From the NCBI GenBank assembly GCA_045659725.1, contig JAZRCK010000011.1, positions 4,296 through 68,295 on the forward strand: a stretch of 64,000 nt of DNA, written 5' to 3'. Below are positions 1-6,284 of the stretch, in pieces. Position 1 is the first letter of the stretch; each line of letters starts with the position of its first letter. The stretch is from Candidatus Egerieisoma sp. GTDB lineage: Bacteria; Bacteroidota; Bacteroidia; Bacteroidales; UBA932. The position numbers and the translations under genes were made by a program. Under the pieces are notes generated by a model. The model was not told where the DNA came from, searched no databases, and saw only the letters and a program-made list of their open reading frames with translations.

Positions 1-923
1 TTGTGGGCAGGCTTTATGTAAAGGGGCATTTTGTTTGCAGGGTTTGCACCACTTGCAAAATCAAAGTAGTCCATAGCAGGCTTCTCCCCTATCATTCCCC
101 CGCCAAGGATATTGAATGCAGCCCACACACGAGCCTCGCAGGCACGCAAAGCGCTGAAGTCTGCAGGGGCATAGGTATCACAGAAACTGAAATCCTCATC
201 TGTTCCTTCATACAGGCCGGCCTCACGGGCAAATGAAACAACATCTTTTGCGTAAAGGCAGTTCTCAGTGTCTGAAAAAGGTATCCTGTCTATTCTCGAC
301 TGGTTGGCGTGAGCCGAGATGTAACCGTCGGGAATACGGATGGCTACCCATACTGCACCTTTGTTCTCGTTTTCACCTTTTGTGTTGAGGCGGGTTCCCT
401 TGCCAATCATCTCAAGGATCCATGCCTCATTCTTGTCGGCAATAGAGAAGCTTTCTCCGCTGGAGCAGTAGCCATATTCTGCTACAAGAGAGGTCATTAC
501 CTGTATTGCCTCACGGGCACTCTTTGCACGCTGGAGGGTGATGTAGATGAGCGAGCCGTAATCAATGATTCCGGTGGTGTCTACAAGCTCTTCCCTTCCG
601 CCAAAGGTAGTTTCTGTTATGATGAGCTGGTGCTCGTTCATGTTGCCCATAGTGGAGTATGTCTTTGGCACCTGGGCTATCTCTCCCAAGAAATGTCCGC
701 CGTCCCACTCAAAGACCTTGAGTTTGCTCCCTTTGGGAAATACTCCGGCAGGGGTGAAATAAAGCTCGCCATAAAGGACATGTGAATCTGCAGAGTAGGT
801 TACCATCACCGAGCCGTCTTTTGTGGCCCCTTTTGTTATGATAAGGTTACTGCATGCGTCCGATTCAACAACTGCTGCCAACATCATTGCTATTGCGGCA
901 AATGTTCCAATCAATCTTTTCAT
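1..923 (-). CDS. C69-family dipeptidase, N-terminal ~307 codons (3' end lies beyond the window start)
   Basis: Absent from the ORF track because there is no stop inside the window. The reverse-strand ATG at 921-923 reads MKRLIGTFAAIAMMLAAVVESDA/CSNLIITKGATKDGSVMVTYSADSH...AVWVAIRIPDGYISAHANQSRI. This is a signal peptide followed by the N-terminal Cys nucleophile context typical of peptidase C69. The frame stays open to position 1. The + strand ORFs 3-236, 309-785 and 565-762 are antisense to it. Confidence 0.8.
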   Translation of the reverse strand, partial: MKRLIGTFAAIAMMLAAVVESDACSNLIITKGATKDGSVMVTYSADSHVLYGELYFTPAGVFPKGSKLKVFEWDGGHFLGEIAQVPKTYSTMGNMNEHQLIITETTFGGREELVDTTGIIDYGSLIYITLQRAKSAREAIQVMTSLVAEYGYCSSGESFSIADKNEAWILEMIGKGTRLNTKGENENKGAVWVAIRIPDGYISAHANQSRIDRIPFSDTENCLYAKDVVSFAREAGLYEGTDEDFSFCDTYAPADFSALRACEARVWAAFNILGGGMIGEKPAMDYFDFASGANPANKMPLYIKPAH

Positions 924-981
924 ATTCTATATTTTATCCGTTTTTACTATCTTAGCGCCGAATTACAAATATAAGAATTTT

Positions 982-1404
982 ATGAGATACACTATCTTAT
1001 GTTTCCTTACTGCGGCGGCACTGTTGTGCTGCAACATGGCAAATGCACAGGATCCCCAGCAGAAGTCACCGGAGGAGATGGCCATTGAACAGGCCAACAA
1101 GCTGGAGAAAGAGCTCAACCTCAACAGTACCCAACTGTTCTACCTTGATTCAATCCTAAGGCACAACTATATTGAACTCTATGCAGACATTGACAATGCC
1201 AGGGCTAGGGGCAGCCAGGACCAGCAGACTTACAAAACCTTGAGCGAGAAGTGGATGCAGAAAACATTTGATGCCCTTAAAGGGGTACTGGACGAGCAGC
1301 AGTATATCCGCTATCTGAAGATGATGGGCAAAGGCAAGGAGTACAAGAAAGGGAAAGACGGCCTGTATTACCTTAAGGAAGACCTTAAAAAGAAAAAGAA
1401 GTAA
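982..1404 (+). CDS. small exported alpha-helical protein with Lys-rich tail (function unknown; possibly Spy/CpxP-like periplasmic protein)
   Basis: Track ORF 823-1404 trimmed to ATG 982. MRYTILCFLTAAALLCCNMANAQ is a signal peptide, followed by charged helical sequence with LNSTQ / LDEQQ segments and a KKKKK end. Confidence 0.55.
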   Translation: MRYTILCFLTAAALLCCNMANAQDPQQKSPEEMAIEQANKLEKELNLNSTQLFYLDSILRHNYIELYADIDNARARGSQDQQTYKTLSEKWMQKTFDALKGVLDEQQYIRYLKMMGKGKEYKKGKDGLYYLKEDLKKKKK

Positions 1405-1418
1405 GGGGTCCTTACTTC

Positions 1419-2252
1419 TTACAGATCTATTTTATAGTATTGCGGTTTCCGCTCCTTGAAGTATACAAGGTAACGGAAGCCGCATTCTTTTGCTACGGCA
1501 GCATATTTTGCAAATTCGTCACCTATACGGTCGGGGTTATGGGCATCCGAGCCAAGGCTCAGTGCATCTGCCCCAAACTCCCTGAAACGTTTCAGTACAG
1601 CGGTGTCAAGCACCGGCACATACCCCTTATGGTTCTTGTAGGTCTTGGTGTTTATCTCCATTGTCTTTCCCTCATGGGCAAGGAACTTGAGGATAGGCTC
1701 CAGCCAGTCGCCGAATTCTGCCATGGTAATATCCCTGCAACCAGGTCCGTAAGGGGAGTAGCGGGCCACATAATCATAATGCCCCAAAATATCAAAATCC
1801 CTGTATTCCAACGCAGTGCTGTACATTACCTCCAGGGTATTGCTGAACGCTTTCCTGTAATCTTTATCTGTATAATAGGTACCCATATACGGGTCTGTTC
1901 CGTCTACAAAATGTATTGACGCAATAACCGTATCAAAATTGTATTGCGCTGTAAATGCCTTTATCTTCTCCATACTGGCAGGCTGCAGCCCCACCTCTAT
2001 TCCCTTCATCACCTGAAAGCCACTCTGCTGTATCTGCGGGGCCAACTCAAGGGTAACTCTATCTATTTCAGCTTGTTGTTTTATAGGATCAAAGAAAAAC
2101 TCCTGATCTCGCGAGGGCGCATCAATATCGTAATGGTCTGTAATGGCTATTCCCCCCATTCCTTTTGCAACTGCGCTGGCAATGAGACTCTGCACAGAGG
2201 CAGTGCTGTCGGGAGAAAAAGTGCTGTGATTATGGTTGTCAAAAAATTTCAT
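1419..2252 (-). CDS. PHP-family histidinol-phosphatase-like hydrolase (HisJ/HisK type)
   Basis: Track ORF 1419-2378 trimmed to ATG 2250-2252. MKFFDNHNHSTFSPDS...ITDHYD...ASIHFVDG...LGHYDY...LGSDAHNP matches the PHP metal-ligand pattern. Confidence 0.8.
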   Translation of the reverse strand: MKFFDNHNHSTFSPDSTASVQSLIASAVAKGMGGIAITDHYDIDAPSRDQEFFFDPIKQQAEIDRVTLELAPQIQQSGFQVMKGIEVGLQPASMEKIKAFTAQYNFDTVIASIHFVDGTDPYMGTYYTDKDYRKAFSNTLEVMYSTALEYRDFDILGHYDYVARYSPYGPGCRDITMAEFGDWLEPILKFLAHEGKTMEINTKTYKNHKGYVPVLDTAVLKRFREFGADALSLGSDAHNPDRIGDEFAKYAAVAKECGFRYLVYFKERKPQYYKIDL

Positions 2253-2273
2253 GGCGCAAATATAGAAAATTTG

Positions 2274-2281
2274 TAATTTTG
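2274..2281 (+). promoter_or_regulatory. Bacteroidota -7 box TAATTTTG (TAnnTTTG) for CDS 2299
   Basis: Exact TAnnTTTG 18 nt upstream of the ATG, in the divergent spacer 2253-2298. Confidence 0.5.
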
Positions 2282-2298
2282 TAAGGAAGCAGATATTT

Positions 2299-3156
2299 AT
2301 GAAAAGTTCTATTCCCGACAGATTGAGGGACACCCTGCAACTGTGTTCCCTTTGTGCACTCCTATACCTTGCATTCACCCGCGGAGCCCTTTACAATGCC
2401 GGCACGCTGAAGATTCTGGCAATATGGCTCATTGGAGTGGGAGGCATCCTCTTTGGGAAACTTTTCTGCAGCAACCTCTGCCCCCTGGGGCTTGTGCAGG
2501 AATGGATTGCAGACCGCCGCAAAAAGGAGTATGAAATTTTCAGCAGGTGGTCTATTCCCGACAAAACCTTGCGCAGCATAAAGTACATTCTCCTTGTACT
2601 GATGTTTATAGATTACGGCGTCTTTCTGGCCAATGCAGTTATAGCAGTAATCCTCCTTTCCGTACTGATTCTGGGGAACATGTCTTTCTGCAAATATCTG
2701 TGCCCAGTAAACGCCGCAAGCAATATTTTCCGTCTCACAGTAATGTTCATGATTGTACTTATGGCACATTGGGGACTTACCATGGGAGGCATTGAGGTTC
2801 CGTTATGGGGAGTTGTAGCTGCAATGTCTGCAGCAGGATATTTCCTTGAAATCTATACAAAGAAAGCTGAGTTCAACATATCCTTGCTCCACATACACAG
2901 GGATATCCACAAATGCAAGGAGTGCGGCAAGTGCGTGGGGGCCTGCCCGTATAAAGTGGACATCACAGCCGTAAAGAGGGTTGTGGATATAGACTGCAAC
3001 CTTTGCGGAGAATGTGTGAGGGAGTGTGGCAACGATGCCCTTAAGGTTGGAATCTGCAACACCCGCCCGGGCCAGAACAGAATAAGGGGAGTGTGGTTCG
3101 CCCCCCTTGTTACTCTTGTCCTTATCTGTATTGCCCTGTGGCTTCTTCTTGGATAG
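2299..3156 (+). CDS. membrane polyferredoxin (NapH/MauN-like 4Fe-4S binding protein)
   Basis: Multiple hydrophobic segments. CSNLCPLG and CKYLCPVN (CxxxCP) motifs plus CKECGKCVGACP and CNLCGECVREC (CxxCxxCxxxC) clusters. Confidence 0.75.
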   Translation: MKSSIPDRLRDTLQLCSLCALLYLAFTRGALYNAGTLKILAIWLIGVGGILFGKLFCSNLCPLGLVQEWIADRRKKEYEIFSRWSIPDKTLRSIKYILLVLMFIDYGVFLANAVIAVILLSVLILGNMSFCKYLCPVNAASNIFRLTVMFMIVLMAHWGLTMGGIEVPLWGVVAAMSAAGYFLEIYTKKAEFNISLLHIHRDIHKCKECGKCVGACPYKVDITAVKRVVDIDCNLCGECVRECGNDALKVGICNTRPGQNRIRGVWFAPLVTLVLICIALWLLLG

Positions 3157-4101
3157 CTATTTGATATCCAAATCTTCCAGCTGCACCAGCTTGTTTACAA
3201 TTGCGTAGATTGTGAGGCCGGCCGGGCTGTGTATCTTCAATTTGTTCATGATGTTCTTCCTATGGGTATTTACAGTATGCACAGAAAGGAACATCTTGGC
3301 TGCAATCTCCTTGTTGGTAAGGCCGCGTACAATATGTACCAGCACATCAATCTCCCTCTCACTCAAGGACTCCTCCTCCACTTTCTTTACGGATGTCTGA
3401 GCCAGTGTCTCTTCCATTTGCCTGATTTTGGGCTCAAGCAGTGTATCCTCAATGAGGTTATGGCTCTCAAGGTCCTGCTGGCAGACAAAAATATCGTACA
3501 ATACGGTATTGAGTTCATTGGTTGCACCCCCGGGATAATATTTCACTATTATGTCAATCAGCTCTCCCAGACGCACATCAATGGAATTGTGCTGCTCACT
3601 GAAGATATGGGGGTTCTTGCCGCCGGGCATCTGTTCCCCCTTCTTGTATGCTTCAATCAGCCTGCCCATATAAGGGAAAATCTCCTCATTCTCCTGGTTC
3701 ATGTGGCGCTCCACCTCAGCTGCATAGTCATCAAAGTAGTTGAGTATAAGGTATTGCATCTGCTTCCCGCCCCCCTCTACGGCTTTCTCCAATGCAGCCC
3801 TCAAAGCAGGGAGTCTGTAATCGGTGTAGTATGTGTGGGATTTCTGGAGATACAGGATAAGCTCCTCTACAGAGAACTCCACATCATCCTGCTTGCTGTC
3901 GGGATTATTGAAAAGGTTTACCACTGCCAGGAAGGTTTTGCAGTCTACCCCACTCAGGCGGCATACCTCCTCTATGCTTTTGTCTCCCACGCCCAAGGAG
4001 ATTCCAAACCGGCTGAGCATGTTGAGCAGACGGTAGTTGGTGGTGATAAGGGATTCCATCTTGTCCCTTGCTGTAAATATTCTCTGTTCCCTGTATTCCA
4101 T
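3157..4101 (-). CDS. LuxR/GerE-type transcription regulator with N-terminal ScdA_N-like and hemerythrin-like (RIC-like) di-iron domain
   Basis: The C-terminus EREIDVLVHIVRGLTNKEIAAKMFLSVHTVNTHRKNIMNKLKI is a GerE HTH. The N-terminus FGISLGVGDKSIEEVCRLSGVDCKTFLAVVNLF is ScdA_N-like. The middle carries spaced H / HxxxE motifs (KSHTYY, HMNQENEE, EQHNS, ESHNLIED). Confidence 0.7.
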   Translation of the reverse strand: MEYREQRIFTARDKMESLITTNYRLLNMLSRFGISLGVGDKSIEEVCRLSGVDCKTFLAVVNLFNNPDSKQDDVEFSVEELILYLQKSHTYYTDYRLPALRAALEKAVEGGGKQMQYLILNYFDDYAAEVERHMNQENEEIFPYMGRLIEAYKKGEQMPGGKNPHIFSEQHNSIDVRLGELIDIIVKYYPGGATNELNTVLYDIFVCQQDLESHNLIEDTLLEPKIRQMEETLAQTSVKKVEEESLSEREIDVLVHIVRGLTNKEIAAKMFLSVHTVNTHRKNIMNKLKIHSPAGLTIYAIVNKLVQLEDLDIK

Positions 4102-4132
4102 ATGCTTGTCCTTAATTTTTTACAAATGCAAC

Positions 4133-4159
4133 GCAGACCGCCTTGGCGTGACGGTCTGC
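4133..4159 (-). other. 8-bp GC-rich hairpin in the predicted 5' UTR of the LuxR-type gene
   Basis: GCAGACCG (4133-4140) pairs with CGGTCTGC (4152-4159) around an 11-nt loop. It lies between the -7 box (4205-4212) and the ATG (4101). Confidence 0.4.
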
Positions 4160-4204
4160 TATTAAAAAACAATAAAAATGGCTTTACATCTATCTTTACA
4201 TATG

Positions 4205-4212
4205 CAAAGATA
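4205..4212 (-). promoter_or_regulatory. -7 box TATCTTTG (TAnnTTTG) for CDS 3157-4101
   Basis: Exact motif on the minus strand, about 100 nt upstream of the ATG. Confidence 0.5.
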
Positions 4213-4253
4213 ACAACCGTCCTGCAAGCCACAAATACCTGAAATATGGTATT

Positions 4254-5123
4254 TTATTGTTTTTTGGTCACTACGGCCGTAACTGAAATTACTATAAGCA
4301 ACAATCCGGCCACACTTCTTGCCGTAAGGCTCTCCCCAAACAGTGTCACCCCAAAGAAAACTGCAGTAAGGGGCTCCAAGGCACCCAATATTGCGGTTGC
4401 TGTTGACCCAACGTATACAATGGCTTTTGTTGCGCACAACATTGATATTACAGTTGGGAGAAGGGCAAACGCCAGCAGATCTCCCCACAGGTACCATTTT
4501 GTTGGGGTGTGCAATTCACCTTGGCATACAACTGCTGCGGCAAAAACCAGAAGTCCGGTAAGTATGACATAGAAGGTAACCTTTACTGAAGGGACATCCT
4601 TCAGCACAGTCTTGTTTATAGTTATAATGTACAGCGTATATGCAAGGGCTGACCCCAATACCAGCAACACACCAACCACGCTTAGGGTAACTCCACTGGG
4701 GGCTTTGTAAAGAAGTCCTATTCCGGCGGTTGCCATTGCTATGCAGAGCCATGTACCCAACTTTATCTTCTCCTTAAAGAAGAGGGCCATTATGAGGGCA
4801 ACCATTACCGGATATATGAACAATATGGTTGAGGCAATGCCTGAATCCATATAATGATAGCTCCTGAACAGGGTTATGGAGGAGAGTACAAAGAAAATAC
4901 CCACCATCATCATTGGAATGATCTCCTTTTTCTCCACGGCAAAACTTTGCTTTCTGCTATGCACAAGCAAAGCCACCATAGGGAGGGCAAAAAGATACCT
5001 GAAGAACAGGACTGAATCTACAGCCATACCGTCGGCATACAACGGAAGGGCAAAAAGGGGGTTCATGCCATAAGTTGCTGCAGATACTGCCGCCAAAATG
5101 TATCCTTTTGTTCTGTTTGTCAT
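4254..5123 (-). CDS. EamA/DMT-superfamily transporter (RarD-like)
   Basis: About 10 hydrophobic helices in two EamA-like halves. N-terminus KGYILAAVSAATYGMNPLFALPLY. Confidence 0.8.
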   Translation of the reverse strand: MTNRTKGYILAAVSAATYGMNPLFALPLYADGMAVDSVLFFRYLFALPMVALLVHSRKQSFAVEKKEIIPMMMVGIFFVLSSITLFRSYHYMDSGIASTILFIYPVMVALIMALFFKEKIKLGTWLCIAMATAGIGLLYKAPSGVTLSVVGVLLVLGSALAYTLYIITINKTVLKDVPSVKVTFYVILTGLLVFAAAVVCQGELHTPTKWYLWGDLLAFALLPTVISMLCATKAIVYVGSTATAILGALEPLTAVFFGVTLFGESLTARSVAGLLLIVISVTAVVTKKQ

Positions 5124-5235
5124 CTTTCTTGTGTATTATCCATACAAAAATAGCAGGATTATTCCATATTTTAGGGGCCTGGGGGGCACTTTTTTCAAAA
5201 AACCTGAAAAAAATTCAAAAAAAATTAAAGAAAAA

Positions 5236-5266
5236 TTTGGCAGTTTAAAAATTTTGCGTACCTTTG
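5236..5266 (+). promoter_or_regulatory. tRNA-Glu promoter: -33 TTTG (5236-5239) and -7 TACCTTTG (5259-5266)
   Basis: Both Bacteroidota promoter elements are present with a 19-nt spacer. The -7 box ends 21 nt before the mature tRNA 5' end. Four 10-bp-phased A-tracts precede it. Confidence 0.65.
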
Positions 5267-5287
5267 CAACCGCAAACGAGATAAGAC

Positions 5288-5359
5288 GCGGGATTCGTCT
5301 AACGGTTAGGACGGAAGATTCTCATTCTTCAAATAGGAGTTCGATTCTCCTATCCCGTA
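5288..5359 (+). tRNA. tRNA-Glu (anticodon CTC)
   Basis: Hand-folded cloverleaf: acceptor GCGGGAT/ATCCCGT, D stem GTCT/GGAC, anticodon stem GAAGA/TCTTC with loop TTCTCAT, T arm AGGAG-TTCGATT-CTCCT, discriminator A. No encoded CCA. Confidence 0.85.
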
Positions 5360-5363
5360 CAAA

Positions 5364-5390
5364 GGCTTCCAAATTTGGAAGCCTTTTTTT
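5364..5390 (+). terminator. intrinsic terminator after tRNA-Glu
   Basis: Perfect 20-nt palindrome GGCTTCCAAATTTGGAAGCC followed by T7. Confidence 0.8.
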
Positions 5391-5396
5391 GTGAAT

Positions 5397-5801
5397 ATGA
5401 AACAGGATATTGCAAACGACATCATCTTGCAGTCACACCCTATGGTAGACGAGCTCCGGAGCACATCTGCAAACGGGGCCAAGGGACGCCTGCTTGTAAA
5501 GCAGGAAAATCCGTACCAATTCCATAACCACATTTGCGAAATTGGACTTATGGAGCATATGGTCCAGTGCGCCATTGCCAAAGTAAAGCAGAAGGCTTCC
5601 TTTAAAGGTAAGGGGTACACATCGGCTACAGTGAGCGAAATCAGCAGATTCAGCCTCAATTTCCTTCCAAAAACAAATGAAACAATAGAATCTGCCGTAA
5701 AGGTAACAAGCATGCAGGGTGGAAAAGCTACTGCAGTTGCATCTGTACATGTAGAGGGGGAGATTGCAGCAATATGCCGGATAAACATAATACTCAGATA
5801 A
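5397..5801 (+). CDS. hotdog-fold protein (FabZ/ApeI-like dehydratase or thioesterase), tentative
   Basis: Track ORF starts at GTG 5391, and the first ATG is 5397. The segment HNHICEIGLMEHMVQCAIAK resembles the central-helix motif of FabZ-type hotdog proteins. Size of about 135 aa fits. Confidence 0.5.
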   Translation: MKQDIANDIILQSHPMVDELRSTSANGAKGRLLVKQENPYQFHNHICEIGLMEHMVQCAIAKVKQKASFKGKGYTSATVSEISRFSLNFLPKTNETIESAVKVTSMQGGKATAVASVHVEGEIAAICRINIILR

Positions 5802-5803
5802 CG

Positions 5804-6205
5804 ATGAAGCTGCAGGACACACTATTCACCATAAGGAAAATATCCTACCCAAATTCAAATACCCGCCATGGAAAGTGCAGGATAAATCTCATTGCACAGC
5901 ATCACGGGGAGGAGTCTGCTGCCCCAATTGAGGCCATTTCTGAGACCTCACTGCTGCAGATGACCAAAGAGTGCGCCCAGCACATGTCTCATGAAAGATA
6001 CATTATAAGCTCCATCCGCCAGCTCAGAATTCACCATCCGCTGGCTCCGGCAGAGGTTGCAGCCATAATGATAGAAATCCACATCACCCCTACAGATAAG
6101 GAAGGGACAGGCCTTGTGCACAGGATGAAGGCTGTATGCACAAGACTTGGCGGTGACAGCAGAAAATTCTTTGAAATAGCCGCAGAACTCTCTCCAATCA
6201 AATAA
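5804..6205 (+). CDS. small hypothetical protein, possibly second hotdog-like subunit
   Basis: Track ORF 5774-6205 trimmed to ATG 5804, 2 nt after the stop of the preceding ORF. I recognise no nameable motif. Confidence 0.45.
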   Translation: MKLQDTLFTIRKISYPNSNTRHGKCRINLIAQHHGEESAAPIEAISETSLLQMTKECAQHMSHERYIISSIRQLRIHHPLAPAEVAAIMIEIHITPTDKEGTGLVHRMKAVCTRLGGDSRKFFEIAAELSPIK

Positions 6206-6256
6206 TTGGACTAGTTTTTATCCATTTAAGACTATTTGAAATTGCAGAAAATAGGA

Positions 6257-6264
6257 TACTTTTG
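6257..6264 (+). promoter_or_regulatory. -7 box TACTTTTG for CDS 6285
   Basis: Exact TAnnTTTG 21 nt upstream of the ATG. Confidence 0.55.
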
Positions 6265-6284
6265 CACCCTGTTTGAAAAGAGGG

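Noticed and set aside
3229-4242. 337-aa + strand ORF covering the whole LuxR-type gene in antisense.
   Set aside because: The minus-strand frame has a clear GerE HTH and a sensible start. The + frame has no motif, is rich in Leu/His/Cys/Val, and fits the usual mirror-ORF artefact of codon-biased genes.
5391-5396. GTG at 5391, listed as the ORF start in the track.
   Set aside because: It directly abuts the terminator T-tract, and the ATG at 5397 is the more plausible initiation codon.
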